DNA of 26,042 nucleotides from a virus (IMGVR_UViG_2724678986_000024:1-26042), one strand, 5' to 3'; positions 9,611 to 18,638 are shown, counted from the stretch's first letter. Notes: generated by a model from the sequence alone, not told the origin. Numbers and translations: made by a program.

Positions 9611-10426
9611 ATGAGAGAGCCAAGACCACGCCATACCTTGCAGGTCATTCGTGTACCTTCTCTGGAGGTTCAGGACCTGGGGCTGACCAGCTTTGATAGC
9701 TGGCTTGACGAGCACGGGTATGACAAAACGAATGCCAGAAATAACCGTACCATCTGGGCGAGAGAAGGCGGATGGCATCTGAAACGTTGCAGAAATCTTG
9801 AAACTGGCACGGACGATTTCTGGTTTATCGCTTTCGATGGTAAAGGCGGGAAGATTTACCCGCTGAAAACCCAAAGAGACTACCGGGCTGCATATCGTAA
9901 GCTGGAAGCAGAAGGTTATGCGCCTGCGGTCATCGAGCAAATGACCACAGGCGCAGCATATAACCTGGCCTATCCACGTTCCACCCTAAAACAAGCTGAG
10001 ACGGCCACCAGCGAGCCAATTCGGAAACCTGACGTAGATATCCAGGGTGAGCACTGCGAGCGCGTAGTGACGCAACGTAGTGGCGTGGCACAGGGTAAAT
10101 TCAAAGCTCTGCTCATCGAGAATTTCGCAGGCCGTTGTGCGGTAACCGGTTGGGTTAATGGAGGTGTCCTGGATGCGGCACACATTGAACATGGAACCCG
10201 GTACAATCCGTCTAATGGCATCCTGATGACTCCAACAATGCATGCGCTGTTTGATGCCGATCTTATGGGCATAGATCCGGCCACCCTGACCGTTCATTTT
10301 AAGCCAGGCATTGAGGTGGGCGAGCTGTTTGAAGGCCGTAAAATCACACCGCTGGTGTACGATCTGGACTTAGAGCGGCTGGCCGTACGCTGGGCAGAAT
10401 ACCAGGGCCTTGCTCAGGACCAATGA
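9611..10426 (+). CDS. HNH-family endonuclease domain protein with unknown N-terminal domain
   Basis: C-terminal segment GRCAVTGW...LDAAHI...NGILMTPTMHALFDADLMGI matches the HNH nuclease signature as I recall it; N-terminal 150 aa unrecognised. Confidence 0.7.
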   Translation: MREPRPRHTLQVIRVPSLEVQDLGLTSFDSWLDEHGYDKTNARNNRTIWAREGGWHLKRCRNLETGTDDFWFIAFDGKGGKIYPLKTQRDYRAAYRKLEAEGYAPAVIEQMTTGAAYNLAYPRSTLKQAETATSEPIRKPDVDIQGEHCERVVTQRSGVAQGKFKALLIENFAGRCAVTGWVNGGVLDAAHIEHGTRYNPSNGILMTPTMHALFDADLMGIDPATLTVHFKPGIEVGELFEGRKITPLVYDLDLERLAVRWAEYQGLAQDQ

Positions 10427-10679
10427 AGGGTGACAGCCAGGTTGTGCCTAAACCTGGCAGTAAAACCTGCATGCCACAAACCTTTAAATTCTGACTCAAG
10501 AGCCTGGCACAAGATAAAAGCGAAATGAAAAGGTTAAAACCGGTGCACCAGACCTCTTAGGTTTAATACCTGAGCCAGTATACTGGCAGTCTCAGGTAAG
10601 TGGGTATCATACACTTCAGAAATATCCACACCGAGATAACCGCAACAGTTAAAGAGCTAAAAAGGACGGTTTTAATTTT

Positions 10680-11105
10680 ATGAATAAAACAGCTTTAATT
10701 ATGATTCTGGGAATCCTCGGATGTGGTAAAGCATTTGCAGCCACTGAATTACAGCTCCAGCAAAAACGCGTTATGCATTTCTGTGCCAATGCCAGCCTTC
10801 CGTTGTTGATTGCCGGTACAACTTATGCGAATACGTCTGACAATGGACGACCAGAAAAAGAAAGAGTGGCAATCCTGAAAAATTCAGTTGCAAGCTCGAC
10901 AGCTTATAAAATGGCATCTCCCGGAGTTCAGATGGCCATGATGAGCGTGGTGGAAGATATTGCCGATCCGAAAGAATTAGCTCTACATCAAAAAGAAGTT
11001 AGACGTCTTGGGGCTAGTTATCTTTCCGACAGCGGTGTTTCATGGGCTTCAAAAACTGTTTCACCATTTACAGCCTGGTGTAACTTTAACCGTTTAGAAA
11101 GTTAA
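10680..11105 (+). CDS. Putative lipoprotein (141 aa)
   Basis: Signal peptide with lipobox-like ILGC (MNKTALIMILGILGCGKAFAA); no family recognised. Confidence 0.5.
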   Translation: MNKTALIMILGILGCGKAFAATELQLQQKRVMHFCANASLPLLIAGTTYANTSDNGRPEKERVAILKNSVASSTAYKMASPGVQMAMMSVVEDIADPKELALHQKEVRRLGASYLSDSGVSWASKTVSPFTAWCNFNRLES

Positions 11106-11480
11106 GGCTGGCAAGGCGGTTTCTGTTCAGGAAAGTTACTTTCCGTGCGGGGACCGTAAGATACAGATAAAGCTTAAGGCCTTTGAATTTTTGGAAAGCA
11201 TTTGAAAATTTCATTGCGCTTGTCTGATATGAAACAGCCCTGCATTTCTGCAAAGGCTGAAAGAGTGTGTACGGACTTTGGAAGGAGTGATGATATACGC
11301 CTGAGCCATCCCATCACCGCAGACAGGGTAATTAACCCTGACTAAAGCTTTCACCTATTCCGTCGCTCGCAAGCGGCTTTCGCACACTAACGAAGGTATG
11401 GCCTTTCGTCGGTGTTAAATTTTTCGGCTATTTGCAATCTGAGGTTGGATTGTAGATTTTAGTTAGAAATGGATCAAAGT

Positions 11481-11548
11481 CCGTTTTGTGCAAAACTTGG
11501 TTGACAACCCTCTTTTGGATGATGTGCCGTTTCGTGCAAAAGTTGGTT
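11481..11548 (+). promoter_or_regulatory. Two 23-bp direct repeats upstream of the hsdM remnant
   Basis: CCGTTTTGTGCAAAACTTGGTTG (11481-11503) and CCGTTTCGTGCAAAAGTTGGTTG (11526-11548); the first contains the palindrome GTTTTGTGCAAAAC. Confidence 0.4.
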
Positions 11549-11558
11549 GGAGGCCAAG

Positions 11559-11802
11559 ATGGCAGAGTTCGTAGGTTCGGCTGCTTCGCAAGCTGATTTC
11601 ATTTGGAAGAACGCGGAAGACCTGTGGGGGGGGGGATTTCAAGCATACCGACTTCGGCAAGATCATTTTGCCGTTTACCCTGCTGCGTCGATTGGAGTGC
11701 GCACTGGAGTCTACACGGGAAGCATCGCTCGATAGCCAACCAGCCACGATTGAGTTCTTAGAAGCAGAGTTCAGTGTTGATTTCGATGCGCTGCTATCTT
11801 GA
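11559..11802 (+). pseudogene. hsdM: Type I R-M methyltransferase (HsdM-like) N-terminal fragment, frameshifted at a G10 tract and truncated
   Basis: Start [23 protein letters not shown] then G10 at 11626-11635. Removing one G gives [24 protein letters not shown] (HsdM N-domain-like) before a stop at 11800-11802. No methyltransferase catalytic domain follows. Confidence 0.55.
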
Positions 11803-12462
11803 CCGCCAATCAGACCCGCATGGTTCAGGTTTGTGTATGAGAGTCCCCAAATGGCTGTAGTTCTAACCAAAGCCTTGATTGAAGCCGGCCGCACCGGAAA
11901 TAGTGGGTACAGAAAAAAGCAGTTGCTTGCGCTGGGCGTAAGTAACCCGCCGAAAAGCGGCTGGATCGAACGACTGATCGGCACTGAGGTATCTGACGAG
12001 CAGTACGAACGCTTTCTGGGGCACAGCACGAGCAAGCTGCATATTCCGGTCGAAAATGAACACCTATTCCGGTTTAAAATGAACGCTGATTCCGGCTTGC
12101 GTGTACACCGATTCCGGACACCTCAGTGCACGTACTCTGATGTCAGATGAACCGTCCTGTTCCAACGTCTTGGATCCACAACTGCCGCGCTGCGCTTGGC
12201 TGCTGGCTTGTTCAGTGAGTCGAAAAGATGCCTCCCCTCAAAGCTCAGCTTCTGCTCGAAGAATCCCTGTCCGCATACTTTCCGGAATCACTGTTCAACT
12301 TCACCGGAATACGCACAAGCAGGCTGAACAGATCCTACGCGGAGAGCAGCCAGCCAAGGGGCTTCAGTATGCAAAGCGAGCGAAGAAGCTCGCTTCTGAA
12401 AGAAAAGCCACAATTGATCTGGATAACGAGCACCTGTCTGAAATCGAAAAGTATCGGTAGCC

Positions 12463-13893
12463 CTAGACTTTTAGCCGCTGAAGATCTCTTAGATACCATT
12501 GGTGAAACTTGCTGAAGTCAGCCTTCTGTTTCTCTACCGTGCTTTTATAGATCGCATCACTGGTAACCGCACAAGCAGTCCAGCCAGCCTCATAGACGAA
12601 GCGAGTAGCTATCGGTGACTTCTTCGGGGTGCTATCCCAGCGGTTTTTGAGCCACCGCGCAAGCCCTTCATCAAGAGGGACAACCAGATTTAGCTGCTGT
12701 TTTGTGCGAGTGATACCGACATAAAACAGCCGACGTTCCTCCTCGATTACCTCTTCGGTCGGAGGGGTGTTCATCGATGTGCGAACGCTGTAAACATCAT
12801 CGGGTTTGCCGCCAGGAAATTCCTGCTCATTCAGCCCGACCAGTATTACGTTATCCCACTCCAGCCCCTTGGAACCATGCAGTGTGGAAAGGATGAAGGG
12901 ATCGCAGTCAGTTGCAGCCTCGCCTGGATTCAAGATAAGGTTTAAAAACGTGCGGGAATCGATCTTACTGGAGACAAGTAGCTCCTCGATCCTCTTGACC
13001 CCTCGTTGCTGGTCGTTCGATCCAGTGCGAGTTACACCCTCAGAGCCAACACTATCAATGAAACCCTCCATACGCAGGCGTAGTAACACATCGATAGCAG
13101 GCGTTTCCTCTCCGTCTTTCTGGCAGATAGTGGCGAGCCTGCCCAGCCGATCTTTTTGGTTTTGTGCGCCCTCGAATAACTGGCCTAGAGCAGACCATAG
13201 GTCGGCGTGCGGAGCCATCAATCCACTGAGCGCCGCTTTGAATTGCCCTTTCTGCCAGCTAAAACCAGCCTCCTTCAGAAAGCCGTAAACAATCGCTTGT
13301 TTGTTGGGATGGTTTTCCAGTAGCCGCAGATCGCCGTACACAGACAGCAAGACGCCAACTACCAGTATCCCGATTTCAGTGCGGGTGTGTAATGCGCTTG
13401 AACCATTGAGGTAGCGATAAGGTAGCCCACACAGGCGTAAAGTAATTTCCGCCTCAGCAAGGTTCGCCTTAGTGCGGGACAATATGGCTTGTGTTCCACT
13501 GCTCACCGAGAGGTTTGATAGCACCTTGGATAGGCAGTTATCAAAGTGCAATCTGACCTCTGTTTTGGGGGTGCTAGGATGACTGACACAAAGCTTGGTC
13601 AGCTTTGTAGAGTTGCGCCGAATTACCGAGTTAGCCATCAAGGAAAGCTCATGGCCAAATCTGAACGTGCATGACAGTTGAAACACCTTCGTATTCGGGT
13701 AGTGCTTTTCAAACAGTCCGCCGATAAAGTCTGGTCGAGCACCACGCCACTCATAAATACACTGGTTAACATCACCAACAGCCATAACTGACGTATCCGA
13801 CTTAGATAGCAAGCGGGTCATGTCATGCTGTATCAGGTTAACGTCCTGATATTCATCAACAAGGATTTTTAACCCTTTTTCAGTCTCTGACAA
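12463..13893 (-). CDS. UvrD/Rep-family helicase lacking the N-terminal Walker A region (probable truncation)
   Basis: Motifs II (VDEYQD), III (GDVNQCIYEWRGA), V (HGSKGLEWDNV) and VI (YVGITRTKQQL) present; no motif I. TTG start with in-frame stop 12 nt upstream; only 157 bp separate it from the integrase gene. Confidence 0.65.
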   Translation of the reverse strand: MSETEKGLKILVDEYQDVNLIQHDMTRLLSKSDTSVMAVGDVNQCIYEWRGARPDFIGGLFEKHYPNTKVFQLSCTFRFGHELSLMANSVIRRNSTKLTKLCVSHPSTPKTEVRLHFDNCLSKVLSNLSVSSGTQAILSRTKANLAEAEITLRLCGLPYRYLNGSSALHTRTEIGILVVGVLLSVYGDLRLLENHPNKQAIVYGFLKEAGFSWQKGQFKAALSGLMAPHADLWSALGQLFEGAQNQKDRLGRLATICQKDGEETPAIDVLLRLRMEGFIDSVGSEGVTRTGSNDQQRGVKRIEELLVSSKIDSRTFLNLILNPGEAATDCDPFILSTLHGSKGLEWDNVILVGLNEQEFPGGKPDDVYSVRTSMNTPPTEEVIEEERRLFYVGITRTKQQLNLVVPLDEGLARWLKNRWDSTPKKSPIATRFVYEAGWTACAVTSDAIYKSTVEKQKADFSKFHQWYLRDLQRLKV

Positions 13894-14051
13894 TCTAAGG
13901 CTCCTTTATTAACAAACGCCCATTTGCAAACTGCTGTTTAATCTGAAAAAACATTCATAATCATACAGATAACAACATAACCATTTAGACGGGCAATACT
14001 GAAAAATTGTTATTCAGTATCGCCCTTTAAGCCGTTTCAGGCTATATAAAA

Positions 14052-15056
14052 TTAATCCCCCGTGGACACTGCGTGGACACTCACGCCACCTTTCAGCGGA
14101 TTAAGGGCCACCGCATCCTGCAGGTAATCCGGTGCAAAATGTGCATATGCCATTGTTTGCTGAATGGTTGCGTGGCCAAGAATCTTCTGAAGCGCAATAA
14201 TGTTTCCTCCGTTCATCACAAAATGGCTGGCGAACGTATGCCGCAGCACATGTGCAGCCTGGCCTTTTGGCAAATCGGGCTTAACTCTTTTCAGCGCCAA
14301 GCAGAATTCCCGGTACTTCACCTCAAACAAGCCGCCTGTTTCTCTGGTTTTGATCGCCTCACAAACTGCCTGCGAAATTGGCACTGTTCTCTTTCGGCCA
14401 TTTTTGGTTTCAAGAAACGTTACACGGTTATGAACTATCTGTTCACCACGAAGCTTACAGGCTTCACTCCAGCGCGCCCCCGTGCTTAAACACAAAAGCG
14501 CAACACGCCAGTAATCGCCCTCCAGTGTATCGAGCAATAACGCCACTTCCTTCTGGGACAGGAAAGCCATTTCTCGTGGAGATACATAAAGAATAGAAAT
14601 TCCCCTTACCGGATGTTCTGCATCCCAGAGGCCTATTTTCTTCAGTACGGTAAACATTCCGGATAACCGATTCATGTATCTGTTAGCAGATGACGGTTTC
14701 AATCCATCAGCTATCTTTTGAGAACGCCACGCGATAATTTTTAGCTTATCAAGATCCACAGCCTGCATATCAGCGCCAAGCTCATTGATTATGTTGCGCA
14801 GTTGTTTTCGGTCTTCTTCCGCCTTACGCCTGTGCTGGCCGTGATACATCCACCACAACTCAAGCAAATCATTTAGCGTTCGACGATCACGGTAGCCCTG
14901 TATATATTCCCGCTTTTCAGCGTTCGCCATGATGTAGCGTTCAGTGGCCACCGCTACCGATTTTTTGTCAAATACCTTACGCACGCGCTTTCCCTTGCGT
15001 CCGTTCGGCCTGATGTCCAGCAAATAACGACCATCTTCGAGCTTCTTAATCGACAT
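14052..15056 (-). CDS. int: P2-family tyrosine integrase
   Basis: Start MSIKKLEDGRY parallels recalled P2 Int; conserved blocks LSTGARWSEA, HVLRHTFASHF and catalytic Tyr region TMAYAHFAPDYLQDA. ATG at 15056 has a GGAGGG RBS; the longer ORF from 15071 starts on TTG. Confidence 0.9.
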   Translation of the reverse strand: MSIKKLEDGRYLLDIRPNGRKGKRVRKVFDKKSVAVATERYIMANAEKREYIQGYRDRRTLNDLLELWWMYHGQHRRKAEEDRKQLRNIINELGADMQAVDLDKLKIIAWRSQKIADGLKPSSANRYMNRLSGMFTVLKKIGLWDAEHPVRGISILYVSPREMAFLSQKEVALLLDTLEGDYWRVALLCLSTGARWSEACKLRGEQIVHNRVTFLETKNGRKRTVPISQAVCEAIKTRETGGLFEVKYREFCLALKRVKPDLPKGQAAHVLRHTFASHFVMNGGNIIALQKILGHATIQQTMAYAHFAPDYLQDAVALNPLKGGVSVHAVSTGD

Positions 15057-15152
15057 TGCGAAGCCCTCCAATGAACCGCTCTACAATTTCTCCAGCCTCT
15101 TTCCAGCAATAATCAGACCAGACAAAAAGCAGGTCTAACCAGTTTTCTGGCC

Positions 15153-15473
15153 TCAGCGGGATAATTTTTGGATTGTTTCGGTTGAAACACGATCTCCCTC
15201 CGAATTGCAGGAACCATCAAGAGAGAGAGCCGGAGAAATTTGCCCAACCTCCGGCATCGTTTCATCTGTTGATAACCAATAAGCATATTTCTTAAATTTA
15301 GGGTGTTTCGTAACCTTAAGTAAGGCACCCTCTGTTACTTGCTTCCCCCTCACCTCATAGTTAGTTACCGTCCCATAAGGCAGCCCAACACAATCCGCAA
15401 ACTCCTGGCGGGTCATACCTTCTGCTTCACGAATCAGGCGAAATTTTTCACCCATGCTTGACAAAGATGCCAT
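15153..15473 (-). CDS. P2 C-like immunity repressor
   Basis: Divergent from cox and adjacent to int; GLPYGTVTNYE and GQISPAL parallel recalled P2 C. Start at MASLSS (15473) is my choice; the ORF could extend to 15527. Confidence 0.75.
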   Translation of the reverse strand: MASLSSMGEKFRLIREAEGMTRQEFADCVGLPYGTVTNYEVRGKQVTEGALLKVTKHPKFKKYAYWLSTDETMPEVGQISPALSLDGSCNSEGDRVSTETIQKLSR

Positions 15474-15586
15474 ATCGGGCATATCCTCCATCGCAACATG
15501 CCACATCGGGCACAAACATAAAAACACTCAAATAAGCCGATATAAGCCATTTTGAGCCATTCGAACGAATTAGGGAGATTACCACA
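15458..15586. promoter_or_regulatory. Lysis-lysogeny switch region between C and cox with two dyad operator-like repeats
   Basis: ATGCCATATCGGGCAT (15467-15482, palindromic) and ATGCCACATCGGGCAC (15498-15513); TTGACA at 15458-15463 faces cox. Confidence 0.5.
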
Positions 15587-15874
15587 ATGAGCGAATCAGA
15601 GCTTGGGGGCTTCATTCAGGTAGCACCATATCCACTTGAAGCGGTGCCATATCAACTATTCGCCAAGATGATCGGCCGCAAGGAATCCACAGTCAGAACC
15701 ATGATTGACGCAGCAAAGCTACCGACAATTGACTTTGTGAAACCAGGTTCAGTAAAGACGCGTGCATCAGAAAACTGGGTATATCTGCCAGCATTTAACG
15801 AAGGCATGCGCAAAGCGTTTTTTGAGCAACCGAAAGAACGCCGCGATGCATGGTTGTTGTGGCTGGGGCTTTAG
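15587..15874 (+). CDS. cox: Cox-like excisionase / lytic repressor
   Basis: 95-aa protein sharing blocks with recalled P2 Cox (PYQLFAKMIG, WVYLPAFN, RDAWLLWLGL). Confidence 0.85.
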   Translation: MSESELGGFIQVAPYPLEAVPYQLFAKMIGRKESTVRTMIDAAKLPTIDFVKPGSVKTRASENWVYLPAFNEGMRKAFFEQPKERRDAWLLWLGL

Positions 15875-15880
15875 TCATAA

Positions 15881-16087
15881 ATGACCAGCCATATCATCAG
15901 CGCCATTCTGACCCTTGTTTTTATTGAGATAGGCGTAATAGCGATCTATTTGTTTCGTAAGTTAACGGGACATGAAGAACGCTTTATTGAACTCAGCATT
16001 GAATATATCGCCGCTTATACCAAAGGGCTTTTCCCGGCAGCTATTGGGGCGATGTTTATAGCGTTTGTTATCTGGTTTATCGGGTGA
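15881..16087 (+). CDS. Small membrane protein (68 aa), phage early region
   Basis: Two hydrophobic segments; begins 7 nt after the cox stop. Confidence 0.45.
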   Translation: MTSHIISAILTLVFIEIGVIAIYLFRKLTGHEERFIELSIEYIAAYTKGLFPAAIGAMFIAFVIWFIG

Positions 16088-16126
16088 GAAACCTGATAAA
16101 CCACAACTACTGCAATGAGGGTAATT

Positions 16127-16234
16127 ATGTGTGGCATGGACAAATTGGACCTTATGTTAATTGTAATACTATCAATTAACTTCGGTTACCTCTTAAGCGG
16201 CGTAATTCTCATGTGCGGAGGCAAACGAAAATGA
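16127..16234 (+). CDS. Hydrophobic micro-ORF (35 aa)
   Basis: MCGMDKLDLMLIVILSINFGYLLSGVILMCGGKRK with GAGGG RBS; stop overlaps the next ATG. Confidence 0.25.
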   Translation: MCGMDKLDLMLIVILSINFGYLLSGVILMCGGKRK

Positions 16235-16338
16235 ACCAGCAGTCCGCACAACGTGAAAACAATGCGATGCGATTTAATCGCAAATATTTTGAGTTCGGCC
16301 GCTATGCCGGAATAATTAAATCTGTACAGAGTCTTTAA
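16231..16338 (+). CDS. Small ORF (35 aa)
   Basis: GGAGG RBS; stop lies 1 nt before the next gene start. Confidence 0.3.
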   Translation: MNQQSAQRENNAMRFNRKYFEFGRYAGIIKSVQSL

Positions 16339-16339
16339 A

Positions 16340-16681
16340 ATGAAACAGCAACGTAATTCACGCATTCGTAATGGTGCTGAACGTCACGCTAACCGTTTCG
16401 CTACCAGTGCATCACGCAGCAACATCCGCTACAGCCTGAGTGATACACACGCAACGCCGGATGGCTACCCAGTAAAACAAATCGGCGAGCATGCCTGGCT
16501 GATTGAGAAAGCTGGAATCGTGGTCCACAAATGCCCACGCAATCCGTTTACTGGAAACCGCATTTTTGCTCTAAGCAGCGGCGAAAATCAGTTCGGGCAG
16601 GATTTCACATTATACGAAGCACTACGCACGGTTGATCGTCTGCTTCGCGGACAAAGTTTTATTAAACAGGCTGATTTATAA
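16340..16681 (+). CDS. Hypothetical phage early protein (113 aa)
   Basis: Intact ORF in the tightly packed early operon; no family recognised. Confidence 0.5.
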   Translation: MKQQRNSRIRNGAERHANRFATSASRSNIRYSLSDTHATPDGYPVKQIGEHAWLIEKAGIVVHKCPRNPFTGNRIFALSSGENQFGQDFTLYEALRTVDRLLRGQSFIKQADL

Positions 16682-16691
16682 CAGGTGCTTT

Positions 16692-16979
16692 ATGACCAAA
16701 GACCATGCACAAGGTGTATTTATCCGTTTTATTGATTTTCGCGGTGAACTGTTATTACGCGCATCCGCTATTGATGGAGTGGCTCCGGCGGGTAAAAACG
16801 GAGCCGACGAAGCCACTTACGTTTATCTGAACGGCACGCGACTGCTTGTGGAACTTCCGTACCAGACCGTACGAGAAATCATTAGCAAAGCTGAAAAAGC
16901 GCGCCAGGCTAATGGCAATGAACCCTATATCGAAATTATTTGCATGGATTCAGAAGCTGAAATTCAGAAAGCAGATTAA
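16692..16979 (+). CDS. Hypothetical phage early protein (95 aa)
   Basis: ATG at 16692 chosen over the overlapping upstream extension from 16632. Confidence 0.45.
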   Translation: MTKDHAQGVFIRFIDFRGELLLRASAIDGVAPAGKNGADEATYVYLNGTRLLVELPYQTVREIISKAEKARQANGNEPYIEIICMDSEAEIQKAD

Positions 16980-16990
16980 AGGGTGTTGCA

Positions 16991-17233
16991 ATGGGCAAAG
17001 AATATAAAACACTCATCAACAAAGCACTTGAGCGTTTTTATTTTCGCTTAAGTGCATCAGGCTCTCATGCTGAACGTGCAGCCCGTGACTCATTGACCAG
17101 GGCAATCCGGAGTCTGTATGACGTGGCTTTTTACGCTGATGATCTGGATGCACTTAACGAACTTTCCGAGCTAATCTGTGCCGCAGAATGCGGGGAACAT
17201 ATTGAACCGTATAAGCTGGGGAATATCGCATGA
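16991..17233 (+). CDS. Hypothetical phage early protein (80 aa)
   Basis: Intact ORF in the early operon; no family recognised. Confidence 0.45.
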   Translation: MGKEYKTLINKALERFYFRLSASGSHAERAARDSLTRAIRSLYDVAFYADDLDALNELSELICAAECGEHIEPYKLGNIA

Positions 17234-17343
17234 GTATATTTATCTCATGGCTTGTTCTGATTATTTCTGTGGCCTGCGCCATTGGGATTATGCGAATTAT
17301 TCATTCAGTAAAAAAGATTGAACGCTTTTTCACTGGCGAATAA
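17230..17343 (+). CDS. Small transmembrane peptide (37 aa)
   Basis: MSIFISWLVLIISVACAIGIMRII...; ATGA start/stop overlap with the preceding gene. Confidence 0.3.
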   Translation: MSIFISWLVLIISVACAIGIMRIIHSVKKIERFFTGE

Positions 17344-17435
17344 CAGAGCAAATAAAACCACAGGTTAAATAAGAAAATGTAAAAACAATCCGCATTCGCG
17401 GAGGTATTCGCACACGTAAATAACGGAGATATAAA

Positions 17436-17852
17436 ATGAACACAAAAGAAGAAGGCATTATCAACACATTAAAAAAAATATCAGAAGCGGAAGATGAAAT
17501 GGCTAAAGATGCCGTGAAGCGTAGCCAACATATGGCAGCACTTCACGCACTGACCATTGCAAAAATCACCGCTGACGCAGCCAAAATTATTGAGGAACAG
17601 AGCAAAGAAATCGACACTCTTAAAACACAGTCAACAGTTGCAGCCATGAATCCGTCCAGCATTGGACGCTGCATTTATATTCTTGGTTCAGCAATGATGC
17701 CGCAATACACCATTATTGCCGAACTGCACGGCAAATACCTGATAACGCCTTACCACACAAAAGAGTCTGAGCTTCTGACAAATCTCCGCCTGATAGAACG
17801 CTCTCAAGCTGTATTCATTGATGACGCGCAACGTGCCGTATTTAACGCATAG
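17436..17852 (+). CDS. Hypothetical phage early protein (138 aa)
   Basis: Intact ORF with GGAG RBS; no family recognised. Confidence 0.5.
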   Translation: MNTKEEGIINTLKKISEAEDEMAKDAVKRSQHMAALHALTIAKITADAAKIIEEQSKEIDTLKTQSTVAAMNPSSIGRCIYILGSAMMPQYTIIAELHGKYLITPYHTKESELLTNLRLIERSQAVFIDDAQRAVFNA

Positions 17853-17875
17853 GGTTACTGGACAAAGGGGGCGCA

Positions 17876-18079
17876 ATGGCAATTAAGCATTTTTCCGTCG
17901 TTCGCTTTACCTCCAGAGGGCGCGAATACGAGGTCGACGAACGCCTGATTACCACTATCGACAAACATCGTTCGGAAAAGGATGCGCACCACATCTACCT
18001 CACTGACGGCACTTATTTCTGCGCCACCAACGTGGCGCGGGTGAATCTTATCCGACAAGTACAGGAGCCACGCAGATGA
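17876..18079 (+). CDS. Hypothetical phage early protein (67 aa)
   Basis: Intact ORF; ATGA overlap with the next gene. Confidence 0.4.
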   Translation: MAIKHFSVVRFTSRGREYEVDERLITTIDKHRSEKDAHHIYLTDGTYFCATNVARVNLIRQVQEPRR

Positions 18080-18342
18080 CCATTCTGGACTACATCGCTA
18101 CTCATCCGGGGTGTAGCGGCGGAGAGATCGCCGCAGCACTGAATACTCCAACCACAGCCATTAATGCTGAGTTACGCCAACTTTGGCGCGGCGGCTTAGT
18201 CATCAGAACAAACCGCAGCACAGGTGGTCGCGCTCGCAAAACTGGAGGCCAGGCTTCTTACCACGTAAACCCGATGCCGTTCGGGTGTAGCAATCCACTT
18301 ACTCACATGTTTAACCAGCTACTGAAGGAAGCCAGAACATGA
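18076..18342 (+). CDS. Hypothetical phage early protein (88 aa), possible winged-helix DNA binder
   Basis: Intact ORF, 4-nt overlaps at both ends; wHTH assignment is a guess from composition. Confidence 0.45.
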   Translation: MTILDYIATHPGCSGGEIAAALNTPTTAINAELRQLWRGGLVIRTNRSTGGRARKTGGQASYHVNPMPFGCSNPLTHMFNQLLKEART

Positions 18343-18638
18343 GCACCATCAACCACCAGAAGCTACGCGAACTGGCATTTGCCCTGCAACGAATGGCAAC
18401 TCCTCAAAAATTACTGGCATTTCGCGCAATGCTCTCGCCGTCTGCTGTGCTGGCACTGCTGGATCAGCTGGAGCACGCCAGAACCACGGCTCCTGCCATT
18501 CGCCTGACGCTCCATCATGAAATCGCTGATTTCTGCGCAACGCTGGGGGCACCTGGCGAACCGGAAACGCCGGAAGCAATGCAGCAAGAGCTGCTGCAAC
18601 GCATTGACAAGGTTTTTGATTTTTTTCTGAACCAGTAA
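18339..18638 (+). CDS. Hypothetical phage early protein (99 aa)
   Basis: Intact ORF, translationally coupled to the preceding gene. Confidence 0.45.
   Translation: MSTINHQKLRELAFALQRMATPQKLLAFRAMLSPSAVLALLDQLEHARTTAPAIRLTLHHEIADFCATLGAPGEPETPEAMQQELLQRIDKVFDFFLNQ

Noticed and set aside
11463-12035. 190-aa minus-strand ORF over the hsdM remnant
   Set aside because: Ser/Arg-rich low-complexity translation antisense to the HsdM-like frame.
11833-12515. Overlapping plus-strand ORFs of 105, 119 and 95 aa
   Set aside because: Mutually overlapping in different frames with no family match or clear RBS; probably degraded remnants, so not called as genes.
12806-13288. 160-aa plus-strand ORF inside the helicase gene
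   Set aside because: Antisense to a frame carrying clear helicase motifs; Ser/Pro-rich.
13894-14051. tRNA gene as the prophage attachment site
   Set aside because: The interval is AT-rich with no T-loop-like GTTCGAATC motif or cloverleaf potential.
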